A stretch of 64,000 nt of DNA from an uncultured delta proteobacterium (GCA_963796055.1 CAWCKH010000003.1:480001-544000); one strand, 5' to 3'. Counted from the first letter of the stretch, positions 42,607 to 52,818 are shown. The notes: generated by a model not told the origin, from the letters alone. Numbers and translations are program-made.

Positions 42607-45225
42607 ATGGGGGCGGGGTGGTGGCTGGCGGGCATCGCGGTGGGGTGGCTGGGGACGGCGGTGGGCCAGCCCTCGATCGAGCGCCCCCCACGGGCCGAGC
42701 GACGCACCCGTCAGCGCTCTCCGCGACCGGCGTCCCGTCCACCGTCGCGGGCTCGCCGGGCTCGCCGGGCCCAGCCAAATGTCGGGCCGACGAGCCGTTC
42801 CACGAGCGCGCGCCCGCCGCAAGAGCGCCCGGCACCCGGAAGCCGGCCCATGCTTCCCGCCGGTGTCCGCGTGCTGGAGGCCGCGACGGAATCACCGAGC
42901 CCCCGCGCTCCGATGCGCGGGTCCGCGGTTCAGCCCAGCAGGCCGGCTCCTCCGACGTCGACCGACGGCTCGAGCGTACCCCGAACGTCCGCTCCGGTAC
43001 GCAGGCCCGGATCTCCACGACCGAAGCCCGAGGACGCGGCGTCCGTCGTCGCCCGCTCCACTCTCGTGCCACCGCCACTTCCCCGCGAGCTCACGCATGG
43101 GCCGGCCTTCGAGCGCCGCGTCTCCGTCGACGGCTTCCTGCTCGGGCCGGACGCCGCTCCGCTCCTCCCCTCCTTCCTGGCCACCGTGCACCACTCTGCG
43201 ACCTCGGCGGCTGCGGACGCGCGCCTCACCGGGCTGGGGTGGACGGACGAGGTCACGCTCGAGCACGGGCTGACCGGCGCGCGCTGGGCAGTCTCGGGAC
43301 GCTGGGCCCCTCCTGCGCTGTCGGCCCGCCCCGCCCCCGTCGGGCTGGGCGGTGCGGTGGTCGCCGACGGTGGAGAGGGCGCGGTCTCGGCGCCGCGAGG
43401 CGCTTGGCGCACGTCCGGCCTGCTGGGCGGCCCGCTTGCCGGCGGGCGGATCGGAGCGATCCTCTCGCTGGAGGCGACCGGGGTGGGGCTTCCCCCCGCG
43501 GAGCCCGGGCTCGCCGGTGGCGGGCGGGCGCGCCAGACGCTGGCCTTCAACGCCACCTGGCTCCCAGGCGCGGCGGAACGGCTGTCGCTGCTGGTCCTGG
43601 CCGGGCGGCGAACCGAGTCCCCCGACTGCTTCCGGTGCACCGACCTCGCGGCTCGCCTCGACCGCGAGCTCGCCGCCTTCGCCGGGCTCGGCTGGGCGCA
43701 CGCATTCGGGGGCAGCGGGGGGCTGGAGCTCCGAGTCTCGGCCGAGCAACGGAACGCCTCGGCCGGCGCGCGGTCCGCGCCGGCAGCGCCGAGTCATCTC
43801 GACCTCTCGCGCTGGGTGACGGACGGCGCGCCCGGGGCCCTCGGTCCCGACCTCGCAGCGAGCACGTTCGACGCGGCCCGGACCCGTCTTCGGCTCTCGG
43901 CCGCCCTGCACGCGGCACTCGGCGTCCAGCGACTGGAGGGCGGGCTCGAGGCGCGGCTGGACACCGGGTGGAGCGCTGCCGAGGTTCCCGGAGGAGTGCG
44001 CTTCCTCGATCGCGGAGCCCCGTGCGGCGATGCAGAGACCGCCGGGTGCGCCTTCCGGGTGGAGGTCACGCCGACCGCGGTACAGTCACGAGGTTGGGCG
44101 CTCGGGAGCTACCTCGAGGACGCGCTCCACCTCGGGGAGCTGACCCTTCGCGCCGGCCTTCGCCTTGACGCCGCGCAGGCCAGCGCGGGCGAGGTGACGA
44201 CGGGGCTGCGACTCGGTGTGGGCCCGCGCCTGCTGCTCGCCTGGGACATCGGAGGAACGGGACGGCACTGGCTGCTGGTGCACGCCGGCCGCAGCCACGA
44301 CGCCGAGCTACAGCCCGTGGTCACCCGCGCCGTGCTCCCCGTCCAGCGCGTGGCGGCGTGGAGCGACGCCGCGTTCGACGGATGCGCGCAGCCCGGCCCC
44401 TCCTGCGTGCACCTCGGAGGAGCGGCGGCGCTCACCCCGGGAGGGTTCCCACGCGTCGACGAGGTGGCGCTCGGCTGGCGCGGGCGGCCGGCGCGAGGGG
44501 TCGAGGGCGGGGTGGAGGCCCGCTGGCGACAGACGGCGCAGGTCTGGACCGAGGAGGAATCCGGGCTCCTCACCGACGACCGCGGCCGCTGGACCAGCGT
44601 CGACGGTCAGTGGACGTCGCGCCGGGCGCTCGCTGCCGATGGCCGGGCATGGCGCCGAGCGCTGGGGCTCGGCGCCTGGGCCCGGGCGCACGCCGGCCCG
44701 GCGCGGGTCTCGGTCGCCTGGAGCGTCTCGCACGTCACCGGGACCGCCGCCGGTCCCTTCGACCACTGGCTGGCCGACCCGCGCACGGCCGCGCTCGCCA
44801 CCGGTCCGCTGCCGGACGACCGGCGGCACCGGGTGATGGTCTCGCTCGCGCTGCTCGCCCACCCCGCGGTCGAGCTCGGCGCCCGCTTCCGCTACGCCAC
44901 CGGGGCCCCGCTCTGGGAGACCTACTCCGTTCCCGGGTCGGCCGGGCTCCGCACCGTCCGTGGATCGCGGGGAACGGGGGTGCTCCGGTCCGACCCGGTG
45001 GCGCTCCGCGACCCGGACGTCTTCACCGCCGACGCGTGGATCCGCCTCCGGCTCGGGGCGCTGTTTCCCGCCGCGCTCCCCCACCTGGACCTGGCGGTGG
45101 AAGCCACACGGGTGGCCGGCGGGAACACCCCCGTCCACCTCTCGGCCAGCTCCGGCCGCCTGGGCGCGGTGCTCCGACGAGAGCCTCCATTTCAGCTGGT
45201 CCTCGGCCTGCGGACAGGAAACTGA
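42607..45225 (+). CDS. Divergent TonB-dependent receptor-like (Oar-type) beta-barrel protein
   Basis: GSYLEDAL.LGELTLRAGLRLD, GPRL.LAWD..GTGR, GPLPDDRRH, PFQLVLGLR terminus; Pro-rich N-terminus with no clear plug. Confidence 0.6.
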   Translation: MGAGWWLAGIAVGWLGTAVGQPSIERPPRAERRTRQRSPRPASRPPSRARRARRAQPNVGPTSRSTSARPPQERPAPGSRPMLPAGVRVLEAATESPSPRAPMRGSAVQPSRPAPPTSTDGSSVPRTSAPVRRPGSPRPKPEDAASVVARSTLVPPPLPRELTHGPAFERRVSVDGFLLGPDAAPLLPSFLATVHHSATSAAADARLTGLGWTDEVTLEHGLTGARWAVSGRWAPPALSARPAPVGLGGAVVADGGEGAVSAPRGAWRTSGLLGGPLAGGRIGAILSLEATGVGLPPAEPGLAGGGRARQTLAFNATWLPGAAERLSLLVLAGRRTESPDCFRCTDLAARLDRELAAFAGLGWAHAFGGSGGLELRVSAEQRNASAGARSAPAAPSHLDLSRWVTDGAPGALGPDLAASTFDAARTRLRLSAALHAALGVQRLEGGLEARLDTGWSAAEVPGGVRFLDRGAPCGDAETAGCAFRVEVTPTAVQSRGWALGSYLEDALHLGELTLRAGLRLDAAQASAGEVTTGLRLGVGPRLLLAWDIGGTGRHWLLVHAGRSHDAELQPVVTRAVLPVQRVAAWSDAAFDGCAQPGPSCVHLGGAAALTPGGFPRVDEVALGWRGRPARGVEGGVEARWRQTAQVWTEEESGLLTDDRGRWTSVDGQWTSRRALAADGRAWRRALGLGAWARAHAGPARVSVAWSVSHVTGTAAGPFDHWLADPRTAALATGPLPDDRRHRVMVSLALLAHPAVELGARFRYATGAPLWETYSVPGSAGLRTVRGSRGTGVLRSDPVALRDPDVFTADAWIRLRLGALFPAALPHLDLAVEATRVAGGNTPVHLSASSGRLGAVLRREPPFQLVLGLRTGN

Positions 45226-45384
45226 GACGCGGGCGCGCGACGTGGGAACGCACCGGAAAATTCACCGCCGACACGGTCGCCGGTTACGCTAGACCTCGCT
45301 CTGCCGAGACTTGCCCCCGGAGCAGCCCTCCGACGACAATCGATCAGGAATTTCGCGGGCCGGAACACGGGAGGGGAGCCGACG

Positions 45385-45933
45385 ATGAGGAACGCAGCTC
45401 GCTCGCTGGTGGTGTGCCTTGCAGTGCTCGGCGCGGGCGCCGCCTTCGGACAGGAACGGGGCCGCACCGACGGGCCCGAGGGATCGGAGGTCGGCAAGGG
45501 CGGCTACGTTTCCGGACCGGGCGGGCTGGGCGGCTTCTCCCTCACCGCGGAGGGGGGCGGAGCGATCACCATCAAGGGCGGCCAGTTCAGCCCACCGCTG
45601 TTCGTCGGCCTCACCGCTTCCTACTGGAATCAGGAGTTTTACCGGATCGACCTCAGCGGCTTCTACGTCCCGGACCCGAAGCTCTGGGGTGTGCTCCTCG
45701 GCCCCTCGTTCCATACCACCACCTGGCCGATCGCCTTCAGCATCGGTTTCCAGGGGGGTCTGCACATCCCCAATGCCGGCTCGGTGAATTTCATCCTCTC
45801 CCCGCGGGTCGGAATGGACTGGATCACCGAGAGCCACTTCCAGCTCGGGATCTTCGCCAACTGGGATCTGAACCTGGCCAACTACGACCTCTCCATCGTC
45901 CGCGTGGGTCTGAGCATCGGCTGGCGCTTCTAG
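45385..45933 (+). CDS. Small outer-membrane beta-barrel protein
   Basis: Signal peptide, amphipathic strands, terminal GLSIGWRF (BAM signal). Confidence 0.8.
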   Translation: MRNAARSLVVCLAVLGAGAAFGQERGRTDGPEGSEVGKGGYVSGPGGLGGFSLTAEGGGAITIKGGQFSPPLFVGLTASYWNQEFYRIDLSGFYVPDPKLWGVLLGPSFHTTTWPIAFSIGFQGGLHIPNAGSVNFILSPRVGMDWITESHFQLGIFANWDLNLANYDLSIVRVGLSIGWRF

Positions 45934-45955
45934 ACCCAGCACCCTCCGAGCCCCG

Positions 45956-46825
45956 ATGCCTGCCTTCCTCATCCTCGTCGCCCTCCTCGCGCAGACCGCA
46001 CCTCCACCGGTACTGTCCGCCCCTCCACCTCCGCCGCCGACGCCGCCGCCTTCCGCGACGCCCGGGTCCCCTGCTGCGATCTCGTCCCTCCCGCCGCCCG
46101 GGGGCTCGCAGCAGAGGGTCGACATGGCGCAGTGGGACTCGAATGCCCTTCCGCCGGTGTACGAACGAAGCGAGCAGCCCCCGCTCACCGACGAGGAGGT
46201 GAAGAAGCTGACCGAGGCGGGGTTCTCCCCGGATCAGGTGGTGAGGGTGATCGCCGAACGTCAGTGCGCCTGTGACGCCTCGCCTGAAGGGTTGATCCGC
46301 CTGAAAGTGGCCGGGGTGGATCCGTCGGTCATCTCGGCGGTTTCGCAGCACGCCCTCAAGCCCAATCGTTCGCTGAACCTGGAGGTCACGCTCGACTTCT
46401 CGGGGGAGAGCCGGCGAGCACGCAATGCCTATCTCTACGTCTTCGTCGACGATGGTGACCTGACGCGGGTGATGAGCGCGAACATCGACGAGCTGCTCCG
46501 GCGGCCCAACGCGCACGAGACCACCGTCGACACCAGCGATTTTCTCATCGCCCGGACGGTGCGCCGCATCGTGCTCCCCGGCCAGCTGACCCTGAAGACC
46601 TACGGGCGCCACACCCTGGTCGTCGCCAGCTCCGCCAGCCCCAGCCTCGCCCACCCCTCGCAGCTGAAACCGCAGGACCGCGCGGCGGCGCAGGTGTATC
46701 TGTTCGACTATCCGAGAGCGTCGCTGCAGAGCCTCTGCCGCCTCACCGCCGGATACCGGCGCGACGCGCAGATCACCGACCGCTGGCGCTTCCAAGGCAG
46801 CCGCTTCGAATGCGAATGGAACTGA
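45956..46825 (+). CDS. Secreted hypothetical protein
   Basis: Hydrophobic N-terminus, Pro linker, two L..AG....V helical repeats; coupled to lpoB. Confidence 0.75.
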   Translation: MPAFLILVALLAQTAPPPVLSAPPPPPPTPPPSATPGSPAAISSLPPPGGSQQRVDMAQWDSNALPPVYERSEQPPLTDEEVKKLTEAGFSPDQVVRVIAERQCACDASPEGLIRLKVAGVDPSVISAVSQHALKPNRSLNLEVTLDFSGESRRARNAYLYVFVDDGDLTRVMSANIDELLRRPNAHETTVDTSDFLIARTVRRIVLPGQLTLKTYGRHTLVVASSASPSLAHPSQLKPQDRAAAQVYLFDYPRASLQSLCRLTAGYRRDAQITDRWRFQGSRFECEWN

Positions 46826-46827
46826 CC

Positions 46828-47424
46828 ATGACCCGCACCCGAATCGCCGTCTCTCTCCTCGCCGGACTGTGGCTGGCCTGCTCCACCGAGCGCGCCTTCA
46901 CCCGGGGCGAGTACACCGACCCCAACGAGATCGATCTCCTCTCCGACGAGTGGGCCCCCAGCGATCTGCAGCTGATCGCCAAGAAGGTGGTGGGGGATCT
47001 CCAGGCCTCGCCGGCCTTCGCCCAGATCCAGGGCCAGCCGGTGGTGATCGTGGGAAAGCTGAAGAACAGCACCTCCGAGCACATCGACATGCAGAGCCTG
47101 GCGGACAAGATCCAGACCCAGCTGGCCGGCACCGGGAGGTTCGCCTTCGTGGACGCCAGCGCGCGCCAGGCGATCGCCGAGGAGTACGAGTACCAGGGCA
47201 GCGGCTACGTGCGGCCCGATCAGGCGAAGGCCCCGGGCCAGCAGATCTCGCCCGACTACATCATGACCGGCGAGCTGGCCTCCATCAAACAGCGGGTGGG
47301 GAGCGACGAGTTCATCTATTACAAGATGACCGCCAAGCTCTCCAACCTCCGGAGCGGTCTGCTGGTGTGGACGGACGAGAAGGAGCTGAAGAAGAAGTTC
47401 GTCAAGCAGGGGATCCGGCCGTAG
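46828..47424 (+). CDS. lpoB: Penicillin-binding protein activator LpoB-like lipoprotein
   Basis: LWLAC lipobox, N.TSEHID, G.F.FVD, G.LVW..EK.LKK. Confidence 0.82.
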   Translation: MTRTRIAVSLLAGLWLACSTERAFTRGEYTDPNEIDLLSDEWAPSDLQLIAKKVVGDLQASPAFAQIQGQPVVIVGKLKNSTSEHIDMQSLADKIQTQLAGTGRFAFVDASARQAIAEEYEYQGSGYVRPDQAKAPGQQISPDYIMTGELASIKQRVGSDEFIYYKMTAKLSNLRSGLLVWTDEKELKKKFVKQGIRP

Positions 47425-47448
47425 CGCCCGGCGCCCAGCGCTCCTGAC

Positions 47449-48699
47449 GTGGCCCACCCTCTCCTCGCGGTTCGCTCGCCGGTCGCGCTCGGGGCGATCG
47501 CGCTGCTGCTGACCGGCTGCGCGGGCGACTACATCGCCCGCACCGCGGGGTACCGGCGGGCCTACGAGTCCTACAACTATCCGCCGGCCATCCAGGGGTT
47601 CGCCGGGGAGGCCTCGTCCGGGCCGCAGATCGACCAGCTGCTGGCGATGATGGACCAGGGGATGGTGCTGCATGCCGACGGGAAGTTCGAGGAGAGCATC
47701 CAGGTGCTCGCCCAGGCGGACAAGCTGAGCGAGCGGCTCGACTTCGTCTCCGTCAGCGAGGAGGCCAAGGTCCTCATCTCCAGCGAGCGCGAGCGCGCCT
47801 ACCGCGGAGAGGACTTCGAGAAGCTGATGATCTCCACCCTCCAGGCGCTGAACTACGCCCAGCTGGGGAAGGACGAGGATGCGCTGGTCGAGGTGCGCCG
47901 GGTCAACGAGCGCATGCAGCGGATGATCAACGAGGAGAAGAAGCCCTACCAGCAGCTGGCGGTGGCCAGGTACCTCACCGGGGTGCTCTGGGAGGACCAG
48001 GGGCACCCCGACGACGCGATCATCGACTACCTCGCGGCCAACCAGCTCGCCGGCGACCTGGGCACGCTGGCCGAGCCGCTGGTGCGCCTGGCGAAGGAGA
48101 CCGGGCGCGACCAGGCGCTCAAGGAGCTACGGCGCCAGTACCCCTGGCTGCAGCCCCAGCCCCTGGGCAAGGACGAGGGACAGGTGCTGGTGGTGCTCGA
48201 GGCGGGGAAGGCCCCGGTGAAGACCAACGGGAGCAGGTCGGGGGGTCCCAAGGCGGAGGTCATCGCCGTGCCCGTCTTCCGCGACCGGCCGTGGATCCGC
48301 GACGCCCAGGTCCTCCTCGACGGCGACGCGGCAACGGCGGTGCGGCCCACCACCGTGACCTCGCTGGAGCAGGTGGCGAAGATCCACCTCGACTACCGCA
48401 TCGATGGGCTCGTCGCCCGGCAGATCGGCGCGCTGGCGCTGCGGACGGGCATCGCCGCCGGCGCGGGGGCGGCGACCAAGAGCGAGGCGATCGGCATCCT
48501 CACCTTTCTCGCCCTGAGCTACGCCAACCAGCCCGACCTCCGGTCGTGGATGTCGCTGCCGGCGGAGTTCCAGCTGGCCCGCTTCCGGATGCCTGCCGGC
48601 GTGCACCGGCTCACCGTGGTGGCCGGCGGCGGGGCCCGCGAGGTGCAGGTGGACGTGCGCCCCCGGCGGGTGACCCTGGTCGTCCTCCGGAGCTACTGA
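47449..48699 (+). CDS. COG3014-family TPR-like lipoprotein
   Basis: LLTGC lipobox, YRGEDFEK.M...ALNY, ALVEVRR, DLRSW.SLP. Confidence 0.82.
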   Translation: MAHPLLAVRSPVALGAIALLLTGCAGDYIARTAGYRRAYESYNYPPAIQGFAGEASSGPQIDQLLAMMDQGMVLHADGKFEESIQVLAQADKLSERLDFVSVSEEAKVLISSERERAYRGEDFEKLMISTLQALNYAQLGKDEDALVEVRRVNERMQRMINEEKKPYQQLAVARYLTGVLWEDQGHPDDAIIDYLAANQLAGDLGTLAEPLVRLAKETGRDQALKELRRQYPWLQPQPLGKDEGQVLVVLEAGKAPVKTNGSRSGGPKAEVIAVPVFRDRPWIRDAQVLLDGDAATAVRPTTVTSLEQVAKIHLDYRIDGLVARQIGALALRTGIAAGAGAATKSEAIGILTFLALSYANQPDLRSWMSLPAEFQLARFRMPAGVHRLTVVAGGGAREVQVDVRPRRVTLVVLRSY

Positions 48700-50671
48700 G
48701 CTTCGAGGAGCGCCCACCTCCCCAGCGCCCGGTCCTGGTGGGCCCCCCCACGGGCGCCCGGAGGTTCCCCCGTCGCTCGAGGTAGCTCTGGAGACGGGAG
48801 AGCACTCCGACCAGGCTGGGGGCCTCACCGAGGACGCCGAGGAAGGGATCGCCGCCGAGCCGCTCCATCCGCGCCGGGGCGTCGAGCGCGGTGAACTTCC
48901 GGGGGTGAAGCCCGGGTCCGACCTCGTTCCAGCGCAGCGGCATGGACACCGGCATTCCCGGGAGCGGCCGTGCCGAGAACGGGGCCACCAGCAGCTTCCC
49001 CCGGCCGTTCTGCAGGTAGTCGACGTAGACCTTCGAGCGGCGGGCGCGGACCACCCGCTCGGTGGTGGCGATGTCCGGGTGCTGCTGGACCAGCGCCTCG
49101 GCGAGCACCTGGCCGAAGCTGATGGCGGCCTCATGGTCGAGCTGGGCACCGAGCGGCACCAGCACGTGCAGGCCGGAGCTGCCGCTGGTCTTGATGAAGT
49201 GCGGGAGCTCCAGCGCCTCGCAGAGCGCACGGGCGGACAGGGCCAGGGTGATCACCTGCTCGAACGGGGCGGCTTTCGGATCGAGGTCCAGGATGCACCA
49301 GTCGGGGACCTCGAGATCTCGGACCCGTGCGCTCCAGAGATGAAAAGGGATGGTGCCCAGGTTCACCAGGAACCCGAGCGTCTCCACGTCGTCGCAGACG
49401 AACTGGCGGATGGGCCCCTCGTCGCCCTCCATCTGCACGGTGCGGATCCACGACGGGACGTAGGGGCCGGTCTGCTTCTGGAAGAAGCTCTGACCGTGGA
49501 TGCCGTCCGGGAAGCGGGTGAGCATCAGCGGCCGATCGCGCAGGTAGGGGAGCATCCACGGCGCGATGGCCTGGTAGTAGCGGATGAGGTCCCCCTTGGT
49601 GAACCCGTCCTCCGGCCACCAGAGCTTGTCCAGGTTGACGTACGAGACGCTCCGCTCCTCGGTGCGCCAGGGCGGAAGGCACTGCTCGGGGCGGCGGTCG
49701 TCCCGGAAACGGCAGAAGACGGGGCCGCGCGGCGAGCCCTCGCGATCCCACTCCTTGTAGCGGACCTCGGCCACCAGGGTGGGGTCGACCCAGAGGAGGT
49801 CGCGGTCACGCGGGGCATTGCGGCAGGGCGGCGTCGGGCGGCGATGGGTGGCGAGCTCGCGCTCGACCCGGGAGGCTTCCCGTGGGCCGAGCCCGCTGCC
49901 CACCCGGCCGGCGTAGGCGAATCCGTCGCCGTCCCAGGTGGCAAGGGCGAGCGAGGTGAGGTCCCGGGTGTGACCGACCACCGCGAAGTCTCCGACCTGC
50001 TGGATGACGAACTTCTGCCAGTCGCCGCCGCGCCCGGGGTGGTGCGCGGTGTCGGCGCGCTTGCCCACCACTCCCTCGAGGCCCATCTGCTTCACCGCCT
50101 CGAAGAAAGCCTCGCCCTCGGTCTCCACCGGCTCGACGCACCGGACGCGCGGGTTCTCGGCGGTCAGGAGCCGGAGCAGATCGCGCCGCCGGGCGAGCGA
50201 CAGCCCGCGCAGGTCGTGTCCCTCGGCGGCGAGCAGGTCGAAGGTCCAGTAGGTGGCAGGCCGGGCATCTCGCGGGGGCCTCTCGCGCTGGGCACGGCCC
50301 TGGAGCATGGAGAAGGAGGGCTTGCCGTCGTCGTCCTCCACCACCAGCTCGCCGTCGAGGATGAAGTCGTCCGAGGGCAATGCCCGGAGCGCCTCCACCA
50401 CCTCCGGGAACTGCGCCGATGGGTCGCTGCCACCCCGGTAGCGGAGCCGGACCTCGCGGCCCCGGCGCTCGGCGAGGATGCGGTACCCGTCGTACTTCAG
50501 CTCGAACCACCAGCCGCTGCGGGTGAACGCCCGGGGGGCACGGGTGGCGAGCTGGAAATCCACGTCCGCCAGGCGGACCTCTCGCCGCGGTGCGCCGCTC
50601 TGCGCGACGGTGGGCCGGAATGGCGACGACGCGACAGACCTGTTGCGTGGCGGGCGTGTGCTGGCGGCCAT
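48611..50671 (-). CDS. ligD: NHEJ DNA ligase D (ligase + polymerase domains, no phosphoesterase domain)
   Basis: ELKYDGYR, LEGVVGK; polymerase motifs RFPDGI, LDLDP, KTSGSSGLH, VDYLQN. Termini uncertain. Confidence 0.92.
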   Translation of the reverse strand: MAASTRPPRNRSVASSPFRPTVAQSGAPRREVRLADVDFQLATRAPRAFTRSGWWFELKYDGYRILAERRGREVRLRYRGGSDPSAQFPEVVEALRALPSDDFILDGELVVEDDDGKPSFSMLQGRAQRERPPRDARPATYWTFDLLAAEGHDLRGLSLARRRDLLRLLTAENPRVRCVEPVETEGEAFFEAVKQMGLEGVVGKRADTAHHPGRGGDWQKFVIQQVGDFAVVGHTRDLTSLALATWDGDGFAYAGRVGSGLGPREASRVERELATHRRPTPPCRNAPRDRDLLWVDPTLVAEVRYKEWDREGSPRGPVFCRFRDDRRPEQCLPPWRTEERSVSYVNLDKLWWPEDGFTKGDLIRYYQAIAPWMLPYLRDRPLMLTRFPDGIHGQSFFQKQTGPYVPSWIRTVQMEGDEGPIRQFVCDDVETLGFLVNLGTIPFHLWSARVRDLEVPDWCILDLDPKAAPFEQVITLALSARALCEALELPHFIKTSGSSGLHVLVPLGAQLDHEAAISFGQVLAEALVQQHPDIATTERVVRARRSKVYVDYLQNGRGKLLVAPFSARPLPGMPVSMPLRWNEVGPGLHPRKFTALDAPARMERLGGDPFLGVLGEAPSLVGVLSRLQSYLERRGNLRAPVGGPTRTGRWGGGRSSKLSSSGGRPGSPAGGARPPAPRGPRRRPPR

Positions 50672-50697
50672 GCGGTGGGGGGTATATCTACGCTCTC

Positions 50698-51576
50698 ATG
50701 GCGGCACGTGCGATCGGCTCGGGGACCATCTCCTTCGGCCTGGTGAACATCCCGGTGAAGCTCTACGCGGCGGCCGAGAGCGCGGCGCAGATCTCGTTCC
50801 ACCAGCTCCACGACAAATGCAAGAGCCGCATCAAGCAGCAGCTCTGGTGTCCGGTGGACAACGAGATCGTGACCCGTGACCACCTGGTCAAGGGGTACGA
50901 GTTCGCCCGTGACCAGTACGTGCTCTTCACTGCCGAGGAGCTGAAGGCGCTCGAGGAGGCCTCCACCAAGGCGATGGAGATCACCGAGTTCGTCCCGCTC
51001 TCCAGCGTGGACCCGCTCTACTTCGAGAACGGCTGGTACCTCGGGCCGGACAAGGGCGCGGACCGGCCGTACCGGCTCCTGGCGCAGGCGCTGGAGCAGA
51101 GTCAGCATGCGGCCATCGCCAAGTACTCCACCCGGGGCCGCGAGGAGCTGGTGTTGATGCGCCCCCGGCAGGGCGCGCTGGTGATGCAGACGCTCCGCTA
51201 CGCCGACGAGCTGCGGCCGGTGAGCGAGGTTCCGATCGGCGAGGGCGAGGTGAAGCCGGCGGAGCTCCAGCTGGCGAAGCAGTTCATCGACCAGCTCTCC
51301 ACCGAGACCTTCGACGCCGGCAAGTACGAGGACACCTACCGGAAGAAGCTCCAGGCGGTCATCGACCAGAAGATCGCCGGAGAGCCCGTGTCCATCGCTC
51401 CGCCCGAGCCGCCCCGGACCCAGGTCATCGACCTGATGGAGGCGCTGAAGGCCAGCCTCGCCAAGCGGGGGGAGGAGGCCGCTCCGGCGTCGGCGGTGAC
51501 GGAGCGCAAGCCGCCCAGGCGCGCCCCGGCGCCGGCGGCGCAGTCCGCCGGGGCGAAGAAGCGCAGCAAGCGCTAG
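50698..51576 (+). CDS. ku: NHEJ DNA end-binding protein Ku
   Basis: GTISFGLVNIPVKLY, VKGYE, LRYADE, VIDLMEALKASL, basic tail. Confidence 0.96.
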   Translation: MAARAIGSGTISFGLVNIPVKLYAAAESAAQISFHQLHDKCKSRIKQQLWCPVDNEIVTRDHLVKGYEFARDQYVLFTAEELKALEEASTKAMEITEFVPLSSVDPLYFENGWYLGPDKGADRPYRLLAQALEQSQHAAIAKYSTRGREELVLMRPRQGALVMQTLRYADELRPVSEVPIGEGEVKPAELQLAKQFIDQLSTETFDAGKYEDTYRKKLQAVIDQKIAGEPVSIAPPEPPRTQVIDLMEALKASLAKRGEEAAPASAVTERKPPRRAPAPAAQSAGAKKRSKR

Positions 51577-51729
51577 CGCCCGCCCGCCTGCCGGCCGCGG
51601 CGTGTCCTTCCGAACAGCGCGGGCCGGGAACCCTCGCCCTCCCCGGGCGGCTCTTACACAACAAGCGCGAGAGTCTGTGCGCTCGCAATCGAATCGCGGA
51701 GCACGCGCCGACCTCCGGGAGGAGCGACG

Positions 51730-52317
51730 ATGAGAGTGGACACCGGACGTCTATTTGCGGGCACGCTCGTCACGGTGATGCTGGGCCTCTCCGGGTCAGC
51801 CCTCGCACAGCGCGATGGGGGTCCCGCTCCGCCGATGCGCGGCTGGGGCATGGGGCCCGGCATGATGGGCGGCTACGGTCCGGGGCCGGGGATGATGGGT
51901 GGCTGGAGCTTCGGACCGGGCATGATGGGCGGCGGCTGGGGCATGGGGCTCGGCCCGGGCGGCGACGCGCTGGGTGGGATCGGGCTGCTGGACCTGTCGC
52001 CGGCTCAGCGATCGAAGATCAACGCGATCTCCGACGATCTCCGGAAGAAGCACTGGGCACTGCTGGGGCAGATCCAGGACGACGAGGCGAAGCTCCGGGA
52101 CCTCTCCTCCCAGCCCGAGCCCGATCCCAAGGCGGTCGGGTCGGTGTACGTGCACATGAGCAAGCTCCGGCAGCAGATGATCGAGGCGCACGCGAACGCG
52201 ATGGATCAGGCGCGCGCGGTCCTCACGCCCGAGCAACGGGGCGAGCTGGATCGCTGGCTGATCGACAGCTGGGGCCCGCGACATCCGGGGCGGGCCGGCG
52301 CGCGGAAGCAACCCTGA
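51730..52317 (+). CDS. Spy/CpxP/ZraP-like periplasmic protein with Met/Gly-rich repeats
   Basis: Signal peptide, 3x GPGMMGG, LSPAQ and LTPEQ motifs. Confidence 0.82.
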   Translation: MRVDTGRLFAGTLVTVMLGLSGSALAQRDGGPAPPMRGWGMGPGMMGGYGPGPGMMGGWSFGPGMMGGGWGMGLGPGGDALGGIGLLDLSPAQRSKINAISDDLRKKHWALLGQIQDDEAKLRDLSSQPEPDPKAVGSVYVHMSKLRQQMIEAHANAMDQARAVLTPEQRGELDRWLIDSWGPRHPGRAGARKQP

Positions 52318-52352
52318 AGACCGGGCGCTCCCGGCAAGCTCTCGGATCAGGG

Positions 52353-52818
52353 ATGCGTCCAGGGACTGCAGCGCTCGGAAGCGCGCTCTTCTTCGCGGCC
52401 GCGCCGGGGATGGTGGTGGGGGGAGGTGCTGCCTGCCGCGGCTGCGGTCCGTGTGCTCGGCGCGGCGCTCCTGGTCCTGGCGCTTCCGATCCTGGTGGGC
52501 GCCTTCGTGCGCTTCGTGCGGGACGGGCTCGGGACGCCCGCACCGGTCGCCCCCGCCGAGCACCTGGTGGTGACCGGCGCGTACCGGTACGTACGGAACC
52601 CGATGTACCTGGCGGTGCTGGGGGGAATCGTCGGCCAGGCGCTGCTGCTCGGCCAGCCGAGGCTGCTGGGCTACGCGGCGATCGTTGCCGTGCTGGTGGT
52701 GGCCTTCGTGAAGCTCTACGAGGAGCCGGTGCTGAGGCGCCGCTTCGGAGCCGCCTACCAGGCGTATTGCCGGGCAGTGCCGGGCTGGTGGCCGCGGCTG
52801 CGACCCTGGCGGGGATGA
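52353..52818 (+). pseudogene. Isoprenylcysteine carboxyl methyltransferase-family protein, frameshifted near 52420 (a shorter in-frame product from 52426 is possible)
   Basis: N-terminal ALGSALFF..APG.V.G is out of frame with GLGTPAP...GAYRYVRNPMY...EEP.L..RFG..Y..Y...VP.W.PR. Confidence 0.65.
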
